Shown: piece after piece, positions 36,808 through 45,686 of the stretch | Position numbering within the stretch: the first letter of the stretch is position 1 | Layout: each line of letters starts with the position of its first letter | DNA from: a virus | DNA: 64,000 nt | Direction: 5' to 3' (one strand) | IMG/VR virus record: IMGVR_UViG_3300011113_000492 | Coordinates: 32,001 to 96,000 of that record | Program-made: the position numbers and the translations under genes | Notes under the pieces: generated by a model | What the model saw: only the letters and a program-made list of their open reading frames with translations | What the model was told of the DNA's origin: nothing | Database searches by the model: none

Positions 36808-37701
36808 ATGTCAACACAACCTAAAACTTATCGAAGTATTTTTATCAGCGATGTTCATTTAGGGACTAAAGACAGTCAAGCGGACAAGTTAAACAACTTT
36901 CTCAAACACAATACCTGCGACACGCTATATCTAATAGGCGACATCATCGACGCTTGGCGTATACAACAAAACAAGTGGCGTTGGAAACAAAGCCATACCA
37001 ATGTGGTCCGTCGTGTGCTAGGACATGCTAAACGAGGCACTCGGGTGGTTTATGTAGCAGGTAATCATGATGAGTTCCTACGTCCAATGATACCTTACGG
37101 GTTCAGTTTTGGTCTAGTAGAAATACACAATCAAATTGAACATATAGGTGCTGACGGTAAACACTATCTAGTCACTCATGGCGATTTGTTTGATGGTATT
37201 ACTAGACTAGCACCTTGGATCAGTTTTTTAGGCGACAAGGCCTATGACTTTGTCTTAATGTTAAATGCTAAATTCAATTGGTTCAGACACAAAATGGGAT
37301 TTGGTTATTGGAGTCTATCAAAGTATCTAAAACATCGCGTTAAAAAAGCTGTAGATTTTATGTTTCAGTTTGAAAAGAATCTAGCAGGCTATTGCAAGAA
37401 GCGTGGTTTTGATGGAGTGATCTGTGGGCACATACATCACGCAGAAATTAAAGAAATAGACGGGGTAACATATATGAATGACGGCGACTGGGTTGAATCA
37501 TGTACTGCACTAGTAGAGCATTGGAACGGCCGTTGGGAGATAGTAATTTGGACCAAGGAGAGAGATGATGTGGATAATGATACTGCTAGCGATTCATTCA
37601 AAAAATCCAAACGACATCCCAGGAAGAATAACGCTGACATTCCCGGACCAGGTATCGTGCGAATCGGTGCTCAAGACGATGTCGTATCAACTAAAGTTTG
37701 A
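36808..37701 (+). CDS. plcP: PlcP-like phospholipase C (LpxH-like metallophosphoesterase)
   Basis: FISDVHLG, LYLIGDIIDAW, GNHDEFLR, HGDLFD, ICGHIHH, YMNDGDWVESCTAL; adjacent GT4 gene; alternative start 36802. Confidence 0.75.
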   Translation: MSTQPKTYRSIFISDVHLGTKDSQADKLNNFLKHNTCDTLYLIGDIIDAWRIQQNKWRWKQSHTNVVRRVLGHAKRGTRVVYVAGNHDEFLRPMIPYGFSFGLVEIHNQIEHIGADGKHYLVTHGDLFDGITRLAPWISFLGDKAYDFVLMLNAKFNWFRHKMGFGYWSLSKYLKHRVKKAVDFMFQFEKNLAGYCKKRGFDGVICGHIHHAEIKEIDGVTYMNDGDWVESCTALVEHWNGRWEIVIWTKERDDVDNDTASDSFKKSKRHPRKNNADIPGPGIVRIGAQDDVVSTKV

Positions 37702-37744
37702 AAGTTTTAAGGTAGTAGGCGAATGCAAAAAACAATTCTCATAG
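37565..37744 (+). CDS. 59-aa overlapping ORF with hydrophobic N-terminus (not in ORF track)
   Basis: AAGGAG at 37555-37560; MMWIMILLAIHSKNPNDIPGRITLTFPDQVSCESVLKTMSYQLKFESFKVVGECKKQFS*. Confidence 0.6.
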   Translation: MMWIMILLAIHSKNPNDIPGRITLTFPDQVSCESVLKTMSYQLKFESFKVVGECKKQFS

Positions 37745-38733
37745 TAACAGACAATTTACCGGAGCAGATCAATGGCGTGGTTACGACCTACAAAAATATT
37801 GAGGTTATGGCGGTTCTCAACGGTTATCGTGTTGTTTATCTTGATCCCGGGCGGTTCCGCTATGTTGATTGCCCTGGCTACAACGAAGTCAAGATTGCCT
37901 TTCCCCGGAAAGTGGGCCAGATACTTGAGGAGATCAATCCGGATCATATCCACATCGCCACGGAGGGTCTTGTGGGTCTGCGTGTTAGACAATATCTTGA
38001 CAAACACGGTTATCGCTACAATACTGCTTATCACACTAAGTTTCCAGAAGGAATTAAGAAGCTGTTTGGAATACCTGAGGCCCTTACTTGGCCTTTAGTG
38101 CGTTGGTTTCATAAGCATAGCGGCAAGGTGTTAACCACCACAGACTCAATGGTCAAGGAGCTACAACAACATGGATTTGATGGAGATATTGTATCTTGGA
38201 CAAGAGGTGTTGATAGGAACATTTTCTATCCTAGCGATTCTTTTACTAACACTGGCATTCTCTTGTGCGTTAGTAGAGTTTCTAGAGAAAAAAACTTAGA
38301 AGATTTTTTTAAACTAGACTACCCGGGTTATCGTAAAGTCATGGTGGGTGATGGACCTATGTTGGAAACATATCAATATCAGTACCCTGATGTTGAATTC
38401 GTGGGTTATAAAACTGGTAAAGAATTGGCTGACTACTATAGACAAGCTGATGTATTTGTATTCCCTAGCCATTGGGAGACATTTGGTATAGTTATGATTG
38501 AGGCAATGGCCTGCGGTACTCCGGTCGCAGCATATCCTGTACAAGGTCCCCTGGATGTAATAGACCAAAATATAACTGGTTGTATGAATGATAATCTGAT
38601 TCAAGCAATCAATGACGCAATCTTGCTTGATCGACGAAAAGTTTGGAATGGCAGTCACCGTTGGAGCTGGAGTCGAGCTTGGGAAATTTTTAGAGATAAT
38701 TTAATTGAAAAATCTTCTACTAGAATCAATTGA
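37723..38733 (+). CDS. GT4 glycosyltransferase, Agt-like (diacylglycerol glycosyltransferase)
   Basis: IVTDNLPEQINGVV, HIATEG, YHTKFPE, WTRGVD, SRVSREKN, FPSHWETFGIVMIEAMACGTPV. Confidence 0.8.
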   Translation: MQKTILIVTDNLPEQINGVVTTYKNIEVMAVLNGYRVVYLDPGRFRYVDCPGYNEVKIAFPRKVGQILEEINPDHIHIATEGLVGLRVRQYLDKHGYRYNTAYHTKFPEGIKKLFGIPEALTWPLVRWFHKHSGKVLTTTDSMVKELQQHGFDGDIVSWTRGVDRNIFYPSDSFTNTGILLCVSRVSREKNLEDFFKLDYPGYRKVMVGDGPMLETYQYQYPDVEFVGYKTGKELADYYRQADVFVFPSHWETFGIVMIEAMACGTPVAAYPVQGPLDVIDQNITGCMNDNLIQAINDAILLDRRKVWNGSHRWSWSRAWEIFRDNLIEKSSTRIN

Positions 38734-38816
38734 AACTCATGACTAGCACCAAAGACTGTAAGGTCCTTTTTATTTTAATGTAATTAGTGTAAATACTATT
38801 TTAAGGATGAGCCACT

Positions 38817-39137
38817 ATGAAAAAATCGGCAGTGGCGTTCCTATTCTGCTTAACCAGCACCATAGCCAACGCTCAAAATAATTCTAATTTTACACAAGTA
38901 CCCAAACCTGTCGTCTGTGGTCCCACTGAACTAATTTTTAAAGCGTTGATTAATTCTGAGATAAACGAACAACCGGTATGGACAGGAAAGAATGAAGATG
39001 ATCGAAGTGATTACGCATTATTCATTAATCCTAAAACTAATACGTTTACCATAGTTCAGTTTGCAAAAGAATGGGCCTGTATTTTAGGCACCGGTTTTAA
39101 ATCACAAAAATTTAGTAATTTTACCAAAAGTCTTTGA
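38817..39137 (+). CDS. Secreted hypothetical protein
   Basis: Signal peptide; KPVVC ... ACILGTG. Confidence 0.7.
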   Translation: MKKSAVAFLFCLTSTIANAQNNSNFTQVPKPVVCGPTELIFKALINSEINEQPVWTGKNEDDRSDYALFINPKTNTFTIVQFAKEWACILGTGFKSQKFSNFTKSL

Positions 39138-39198
39138 ATATTACTGTTGTACATGTATAATACTTAATTGGTATTTGTTTTTAAATTAAGGAGAAAAT

Positions 39199-39750
39199 AT
39201 GAAAACAGTTGGCGACCGCCTAGAACCTTTTGTTGTGACCGGTGTGAATCCTGGCAGCGACAAGTTTTTTGACATCACAGAAAAGAGTTTTGAAGGCAAG
39301 TGGAAAGTAATCGTTTACTATCCCAAGGACTTTACATTCGTTTGCCCTACAGAAATTGTGGCCTATGATAAGTTGGCCAAAGACTTTGCAGATCGTGATG
39401 CTGTATTGCTCACAGGCAGCACTGACAATGAGTTCTGTAAACTGGCATGGCAGAAAGCCCATCCTGATCTGGCCAAGATCACTCACATTCAATTTGCTGA
39501 CACTCAGCGTTGGAATGATCATACAGGTCATAATATGAGTTTGATTGAACAGCTGGGTGTGTTCTATGCTCCAGCAGGTGCTGCACTTCGCGCAACATTC
39601 ATCGTTGATCCAAACAATGAAATTCAGCATGTCACTGTGAACAACTTGAATGTTGGTCGTAGCCCAGAAGAAACTCTGCGTGTTCTTGATGCGCTACAAA
39701 CTGGCGAGTTGTGTGCATGTAACCGTACCGTCGGCGGCGAGACTCTATAA
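39199..39750 (+). CDS. ahpC: Peroxiredoxin
   Basis: YYPKDFTFVCPTEI, ALRATFIVDP, TGELCAC. Confidence 0.95.
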   Translation: MKTVGDRLEPFVVTGVNPGSDKFFDITEKSFEGKWKVIVYYPKDFTFVCPTEIVAYDKLAKDFADRDAVLLTGSTDNEFCKLAWQKAHPDLAKITHIQFADTQRWNDHTGHNMSLIEQLGVFYAPAGAALRATFIVDPNNEIQHVTVNNLNVGRSPEETLRVLDALQTGELCACNRTVGGETL

Positions 39751-40415
39751 TGCTTGAAATGCTGTGGGCCCTGTTGGCCATTGTGTTAATCGATGTTGTA
39801 TTAGGCGGCGAAAATGCTCTGGTTATTGCTATGGCTAGCCGCGGCTTGCCCGAGCACCTACGGCGCCGAGCATTGATTTGGGGCACATTTGGTGCTGTAG
39901 CTGTGCGTTTCTTATGTGTAGCAGTACTGACTTATCTGCTGATGATTCCAGGACTTCGATTAGTCGGTGGATTGATGCTGATTTACATTGCATGGAAACT
40001 TACAGCCAATGAACAAAACCACGGTGATGTCAGGGCTGCCACTACATTTTGGGGTGCTATGGCAACCATTGTTTGGGCTGATGCCGTAATGGGCTTGGAC
40101 AATGCACTAGCCATTGCAGGTGCCGCAGGGGGTAATTGGTTACTGATTATCTTTGGTCTATTACTCAGTGTGCCCATCATTTTGTTTGGCAGTACTATTG
40201 TTGCTAAAGTTATAGACAAGTATCCAGACAGTATTTTTGTTGGTGCATTTGTGTTGTATGTTGTGGCCATTAAAATGATTGTACACGAGCCTTTCATCGA
40301 TAATCATCTAGATCCGTTACACGATTTTTACGAACATATTTTGCCGTGGGCCGGTGCTGTAATTTTAACTGCTAAACAGTATTACAGATCACGAATCAGG
40401 AGTAAACATGCTTGA
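39750..40415 (+). CDS. TerC/YjbE family integral membrane protein
   Basis: IDVVLGGENALVIA, ADAVMGLDNALAIA, GLLLSVPII. Confidence 0.85.
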   Translation: MLEMLWALLAIVLIDVVLGGENALVIAMASRGLPEHLRRRALIWGTFGAVAVRFLCVAVLTYLLMIPGLRLVGGLMLIYIAWKLTANEQNHGDVRAATTFWGAMATIVWADAVMGLDNALAIAGAAGGNWLLIIFGLLLSVPIILFGSTIVAKVIDKYPDSIFVGAFVLYVVAIKMIVHEPFIDNHLDPLHDFYEHILPWAGAVILTAKQYYRSRIRSKHA

Positions 40416-41070
40416 AACCATCTGCGAAACACTGGTAGAAGCTTACCGACGTAATTGGATTACCAGTCGCGATGGTAATGTTAGCATACGCCACCACGAT
40501 CGTGATCACTTTTATATCACACCTAGTGGTGTGCGTAAACAAACTTTGCAACCAGATCAGTTTAAGAAGATTGCAATTCATAAACATATTCAAAGCGGAT
40601 TTGGCACCGCATCTTTTAACTATGCTTGGCAAGATGTTCCCTACACTGACATTAGTTCTAACTTAAAACCCAGCGGAGAAATTCCACTACATTTCGGACT
40701 ACAACGAGAAATGGGACAACACAAAGATGATGTTAGAGTCGTAGTTCACTTGCACCCCACTTACTGTGTTGCAGCCATGCATGCCGGTATTAATTTGAGT
40801 ACCATTGTCAACGACTTTCCTGAGCTAAGTCGTTATACGCGAGTGGCACCCAATGTGCCAGATGTGCCGCCCATCAGTCAAGAGCTGGCAGATCGTTGCC
40901 ATCATAACTTACAACTGGATAAGGATGGCAACATTTACTATGACATTGTGGGCATCAAAGGTCACGGTGTTGTGGCCATTGACACCAGCCCGTGGCGTGC
41001 ATTTGAACATATTGAACGTCTTGAGCACATTTCTAAAATTGTATTAGCCAGTAAAGGTTATCATGATTGA
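40408..41070 (+). CDS. Class II aldolase/adducin family protein
   Basis: DGNVSIR, ITPSG, PSGEIPLH, VVHLHP, GHGVVA. Confidence 0.85.
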   Translation: MLETICETLVEAYRRNWITSRDGNVSIRHHDRDHFYITPSGVRKQTLQPDQFKKIAIHKHIQSGFGTASFNYAWQDVPYTDISSNLKPSGEIPLHFGLQREMGQHKDDVRVVVHLHPTYCVAAMHAGINLSTIVNDFPELSRYTRVAPNVPDVPPISQELADRCHHNLQLDKDGNIYYDIVGIKGHGVVAIDTSPWRAFEHIERLEHISKIVLASKGYHD

Positions 41071-42208
41071 TCCAAAAATAGAATTAGCACTGCTCAATGA
41101 GAGTATTAGACAGAATCAAACCATTGAACTGATTGCCAGTGAAAACTATACCAGTCAAGCAGTCATGGACTTGTGCGGCAGTATATTGACTAACAAGTAT
41201 GCCGAAGGCCTCCCAGGCAAGCGTTACTACAATGGATGTCGTAATGTAGACGAGATTGAAAACATTGCTATTGAGTATGCTACTAAGTTGTTTGACTGTG
41301 CGTTTGCCAATGTGCAACCACACAGTGGTGCCAATGCCAACCTAGCAGTGTTCAAAGCATTCTTGAACATGGGAGACACAGTGGTGGGCATGGACTTGGC
41401 CAGCGGAGGACATTTGAGTCATGGCGCTAAAGTCAACATCAGCGGCAACTGGTTTTTCAGTCACAGTTACGGAGTCGACCCGCAGGGTTTTATCGACTAT
41501 GATAAAGTGGCACAGTTAGTATGGGATACAAGGCCCAAACTAGTTATTGCTGGCGCTAGTGCCTATAGTCAAATCATTGATTGGGCCAGGTTTCGTGAGA
41601 TCGCTGATTCAGTTGGAGCACTGCTACTAGCAGATGTGGCTCATTATTCAGGATTAATCGTGGGCGGAGAGTATCCCAGTCCTTTTCCCTATGCAGATGT
41701 TGTTACCACTACAACACACAAAGGTCTACGTGGACCACGAGGCGGTTTAATTTTGTGGAATGATGCAGAGTTTTCAAAACAACTTAATAGTGCTGTATTT
41801 CCAGGTACACAGGGCGGCCCACTGATGCATATCATTGCTGGCAAGGCACAGTGTTTCTATGAAGCACTGCAACCAGAGTTTAAAGACTATGCTAGGCAGG
41901 TTAGACTAAATGCTGACGCTATGGCAGAGACTTTTATCAATGCTGGTATCAATATTGTCAGTGGCGGTACTCGGTGTCATATGTTTACCATTGATCTACG
42001 CAATGAGTCATTGAGTGGGCGCGAGTATGCCGACAAATTAGAAGCACAGGGCATCACTGTAAACAAAAACGGTGTACCAGGTGAAACTCGGAGCTTTGCC
42101 GAAACATCGGGTGTGCGTATCGGTGTAGCAGCAGAAACAACTCGTGGTCATGATGAAAAATGGTTTCGCGATTTAGCGCATCGTATGATTAAAATTCTAA
42201 GAGGTTAA
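41063..42208 (+). CDS. glyA: Serine hydroxymethyltransferase
   Basis: LIASENY, NKYAEGLPGKRYY, VQPHSG, TTTTHKGLRGPRGG (PLP Lys), FPGTQGGP. Confidence 0.95.
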   Translation: MIDPKIELALLNESIRQNQTIELIASENYTSQAVMDLCGSILTNKYAEGLPGKRYYNGCRNVDEIENIAIEYATKLFDCAFANVQPHSGANANLAVFKAFLNMGDTVVGMDLASGGHLSHGAKVNISGNWFFSHSYGVDPQGFIDYDKVAQLVWDTRPKLVIAGASAYSQIIDWARFREIADSVGALLLADVAHYSGLIVGGEYPSPFPYADVVTTTTHKGLRGPRGGLILWNDAEFSKQLNSAVFPGTQGGPLMHIIAGKAQCFYEALQPEFKDYARQVRLNADAMAETFINAGINIVSGGTRCHMFTIDLRNESLSGREYADKLEAQGITVNKNGVPGETRSFAETSGVRIGVAAETTRGHDEKWFRDLAHRMIKILRG

Positions 42209-42210
42209 CA

Positions 42211-42624
42211 ATGATAGAATGTTTAATTATTGGTGATAGTATTGCTGTAGGTACTGCTATGGCTCGTAAAGAATGCGTAAGTTATGCCAAGGGCGGTTGG
42301 AACAGTTGGCAATGGAACAAAGATTATTTGTCTCAGGCCGCCGCCCAACCTGCTCGAACTGTGATTATCAGCTTAGGTGCTAATGATCACAAAGGTGTAA
42401 AGACTGAGTTTGAGTTGCGTAAGATGCGTGAAGCAGTTCGAGGTCAGCGTGTTTTCTGGATTGATCCTGGAAAAGATCGCAAGCCTGTGCCGCACGATGC
42501 AATTGTAAAAATCGCACAAGAATATGGAGATACAATTCTGCCTCGACCCAAAGATCATATGAGCGCCGACGGCATTCACCCTACAGGCCGAGGATATAAA
42601 ATTTTAGGAGAACAGGCACGATGA
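42211..42624 (+). CDS. SGNH/GDSL hydrolase
   Basis: IIGDSIA, SLGAND, DGIHP. Confidence 0.85.
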   Translation: MIECLIIGDSIAVGTAMARKECVSYAKGGWNSWQWNKDYLSQAAAQPARTVIISLGANDHKGVKTEFELRKMREAVRGQRVFWIDPGKDRKPVPHDAIVKIAQEYGDTILPRPKDHMSADGIHPTGRGYKILGEQAR

Positions 42625-43139
42625 CACAATGGGTAGATGCATTAAAGGAATCTAGTATTCCTGATTATGCAAAGGATACTAAACTTAATTTGGATGCCGT
42701 AATCAAACGCAGCACATTACCTGCAGAAGAAGCCGAAGCAGTTGCAGTTGCAGCCGCATTTGCCACAGGTAATAGTAAATTTTGGACTTGGTTACACAGT
42801 CAAATTGCAGATCGCAAAGAAGCAGACGCGGCACTGACTGCCGCAAGCATTATGTCAATGAACAATACTTGGTACCCATATGTTGAAATGGCCAACGACG
42901 AAAATCTAAAAGGTCTGCCAGCACAGTTACGCATGAACGCTATTGCCAGCCACGGTGGTACAACTAAAGCCAAATTTGAAGCATACAGTTTAGCTGCCAG
43001 TATTGTTGGCAAGTGTCACTTCTGTGTAAAAGCACATTATGAAACGTTAAAAAAAGAAGGATACACAGTGGAGCAACTTCGTGACATTGGGCGTATCGCC
43101 GCAGTAATTGTCAGCGTGTCTAGGGTATTAAGTTCTTAA
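42621..43139 (+). CDS. ahpD: Alkylhydroperoxidase AhpD
   Basis: IPDYAKDTKLNL, MNNTWY, LAASIVGKCHFCVKAH. Confidence 0.9.
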   Translation: MTQWVDALKESSIPDYAKDTKLNLDAVIKRSTLPAEEAEAVAVAAAFATGNSKFWTWLHSQIADRKEADAALTAASIMSMNNTWYPYVEMANDENLKGLPAQLRMNAIASHGGTTKAKFEAYSLAASIVGKCHFCVKAHYETLKKEGYTVEQLRDIGRIAAVIVSVSRVLSS

Positions 43140-43170
43140 TACTATTTTGTTATATAAAAAATAACAGATT

Positions 43171-43266
43171 TGGGGCTTTTTGGCCCCATTTTTGTTGTAT
43201 TTTTACAACAAATATTTTGGTTGACCAATATTCCCAATTTTGCTATAATAATGGAATAGTAAGTAA
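43171..43266 (+). repeat. Stem-loop + palindrome + early promoter cassette, copy B
   Basis: TGGGGC/GCCCCA hairpin; 43188-43266 identical to 32271-32349; TTGACC(43221)-17-TATAAT. Confidence 0.92.
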
Positions 43267-43279
43267 CAAGGAGCTGGCG

Positions 43280-43420
43280 ATGACTGTAAAAGAAATGATG
43301 GAAGTGTTGAAGCAGCTGGATCCGAACCAAGAAGTTTCGATCTATGATCCAGAGTGGGAAAACACCTTTCCTGTGGAACGCATCGAAGTTGAGCAGGATG
43401 GCGAGGTTGTACTGTACTAA
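43280..43420 (+). CDS. Hypothetical early protein (46 aa)
   Basis: AAGGAG RBS, ATG 43280. Confidence 0.7.
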   Translation: MTVKEMMEVLKQLDPNQEVSIYDPEWENTFPVERIEVEQDGEVVLY

Positions 43421-43430
43421 GGAGCTGACC

Positions 43431-43622
43431 ATGAAGACCTACAAAGAAGCGATCTGGGAACTGGCTCTGGACAAAGCTCACCAGTATCATAGCGGTGCTT
43501 TGTGGCCCGTGGCAGAAGGAGCAGAGACTGTGGCTTGGATCTTCGAAGTGTCTTTGACGACAGTTCACAAAGACATCCGTGAAGTGTTCCCAGCAGCCTG
43601 CAAAAAAGTCTCGCACGGTTGA
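43431..43622 (+). CDS. Hypothetical early protein
   Basis: TAAGGAG RBS, ATG 43431. Confidence 0.7.
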   Translation: MKTYKEAIWELALDKAHQYHSGALWPVAEGAETVAWIFEVSLTTVHKDIREVFPAACKKVSHG

Positions 43623-43647
43623 CTAGACTATCCAAATCTGCTATACT
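43619..43647 (+). promoter_or_regulatory. Early promoter
   Basis: ggTTGACT-17-(TGC)TATACT. Confidence 0.75.
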
Positions 43648-43667
43648 ACACACATAGACATACTGTC

Positions 43668-44024
43668 ATGCAATTCTATCAAGAAACTACTAAGTGGAAA
43701 GATGCTGTTCCCAACGGCATCTACTTGCTGGATGACAGCAAAAGCAAAATGTATGCTTTTATTAAGGCCGGCGAAAAGTCTGTGTTTACGTTCAAGAACC
43801 CTATTCGAATTAGCACTAGGGGTCGTACTTTCGTTCCGGTCAAGAATACATTCAACTATAAAATTAAAGAAGATACCACTGAACAGAAATGGACAGTTAC
43901 CGGTAGTAAAGGCGACAAATATATTGTCCGGCTCATTGATAATGTGCTACAATGTAGCTGTACCGGTTACAAATACCACGGCAAGTGCAAACATGCTGCT
44001 CAAATTCAAAAGGAAATTAAATGA
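43668..44024 (+). CDS. SWIM zinc-finger protein
   Basis: VTGSKGDKYIV ... CSCTGYKYHGKCKH. Confidence 0.8.
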   Translation: MQFYQETTKWKDAVPNGIYLLDDSKSKMYAFIKAGEKSVFTFKNPIRISTRGRTFVPVKNTFNYKIKEDTTEQKWTVTGSKGDKYIVRLIDNVLQCSCTGYKYHGKCKHAAQIQKEIK

Positions 44025-45337
44025 CTGATCCCTGTCACAGTGTTATTGCTAGCCTCGAAGATCATAACAGCCGATTGAATAAAGAAGCTATTATTTTGAT
44101 GCAGGCTGAACAAGGCAATGATGAACTTTTTCAAGGATTCCGGCTGGCCTTGGATCCTATGATTACTTTTGGGCTTAAACAAATTCCGGAGAAAAAAGAT
44201 GCGGATGGTCCTGGGTTGGATTGGGATAGTTTTATTTTCATTATCGATGGTTTTATTAATCGTTCAGTCACCGGTAATGCTGCCCGAGACACTGTGGTTG
44301 AACTAATGGATCGAGCTACTAAGGCGCAATGGAACCGATGGTACCGTCGTATCCTTATCAAAGATCTGCGGTGCGGTGTCAGTGAAAAAACTGTTAATAA
44401 AGTAGTAGAAAAGAAATGGCCTGACTATGCCGTTCCGGTGTTTAGTTGTCAACTAGCGCACGACAGTGCCAATCACGAAAGCAAAGTCACTGGACGAAAA
44501 CTCATTGAAGTCAAACTTGACGGCGTTCGAGTTCTAACCATTGTGTATCCTGACGGTCGAGTTGATCAGTTCAGTCGCAACGGTAAAGAGTTTGCTAACT
44601 TTCCGCACATTAAAGAACAGTTTGCCAAAGTAGCATCTGGGTTGGCTGCACCTTATGTGTTTGACGGCGAAGTAATGAGCAGTAGTTTTCAGGATCTCAT
44701 GAAACAAGTGCATCGCAAAGACAATGTCAATGCCGGCGATGCCATCTTGTATCTGTTTGATATTGTTCCACTTGAAGACTTCCAAAAAGGTGCTTGGAAT
44801 ATGAAGCAGTCAGAACGCACTGCTATTCTACAGAATTGGTTTGATAATGAACAAACTAATCTGCCCAGTGTTCGTGTTCTCGAGCAAGAGGAAGTGGATC
44901 TTGGCACCGAAGAAGGCAACAAAGTCTTTAAGCAAATCAATCAAGACGCCATCGACGGAGGCTACGAAGGCATCATGATTAAAGACCTCAATGCGCCCTA
45001 TGAATGTAAACGCAGTCATGCTTGGCTTAAACTTAAACCTTTTATCGAAGTCAGCTTAAATGTTGTTGCTGTAGAAGAAGGCACAGGTAAGAACATAGGC
45101 AAGTTGGGTGCCTTGGTCTGCGAGGGTGTGGACGACAATAAGAAAATCGTCGTTAATGTAGGCAGCGGGTTTACTGACGAACATCGTGACGACTATTGGA
45201 TCAATAAAAATAAGTTGTTGGGCATGGTCGCCGAAGTTCGCGCAGATGCAATAACACAGAATCAAGATAGTACTTATAGTCTGCGATTCCCTCGCTTCAA
45301 AGGCTTTCGCGGATTTGCAATTGGAGAAAAACTGTGA
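44021..45337 (+). CDS. lig: ATP-dependent DNA ligase
   Basis: EVKLDGVR (motif I), FDGEV, LFD, EGIMIK, WLKLKP, RFPRF. Confidence 0.95.
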   Translation: MTDPCHSVIASLEDHNSRLNKEAIILMQAEQGNDELFQGFRLALDPMITFGLKQIPEKKDADGPGLDWDSFIFIIDGFINRSVTGNAARDTVVELMDRATKAQWNRWYRRILIKDLRCGVSEKTVNKVVEKKWPDYAVPVFSCQLAHDSANHESKVTGRKLIEVKLDGVRVLTIVYPDGRVDQFSRNGKEFANFPHIKEQFAKVASGLAAPYVFDGEVMSSSFQDLMKQVHRKDNVNAGDAILYLFDIVPLEDFQKGAWNMKQSERTAILQNWFDNEQTNLPSVRVLEQEEVDLGTEEGNKVFKQINQDAIDGGYEGIMIKDLNAPYECKRSHAWLKLKPFIEVSLNVVAVEEGTGKNIGKLGALVCEGVDDNKKIVVNVGSGFTDEHRDDYWINKNKLLGMVAEVRADAITQNQDSTYSLRFPRFKGFRGFAIGEKL

Positions 45338-45567
45338 ACGAACGAATTAAAGAACTTGAAAAACGGGCAACCGAAGAAGTGATGAGGAACACTCCCAGTT
45401 TTCTGGTCACAAATGAAATGTGGAAGGAAAAGTTCGCCGAGTTAATTGTTAAGCGAATGATTGACAATGTTGAATGTCACGCTGATTTATATGACTCGCC
45501 TGACATTAAGTTTATTTGCGAGAAAATTGTAAATTCTATAAAGTTTGATTTTGGAGTTGAAGAATGA
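45334..45567 (+). CDS. Hypothetical protein
   Basis: GTGA overlap; MNERIKEL...KFAELIV pattern. Confidence 0.7.
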   Translation: MNERIKELEKRATEEVMRNTPSFLVTNEMWKEKFAELIVKRMIDNVECHADLYDSPDIKFICEKIVNSIKFDFGVEE

Positions 45568-45686
45568 GCCAAGAATTTATCCGTAGTCAGATAGAGTATT
45601 ATAGAAAGCATTTGAACTGTGGTTCCAGTCGAGATTGGAATCAAATTCTTGGACTGTATCAGTATTATAAAGGATTACTGAAATGA
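45564..45686 (+). CDS. 40-aa hypothetical protein (not in ORF track)
   Basis: ATGA overlaps at both ends; MSQEFIRSQIEYYRKHLNCGSSRDWNQILGLYQYYKGLLK*. Confidence 0.6.
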   Translation: MSQEFIRSQIEYYRKHLNCGSSRDWNQILGLYQYYKGLLK

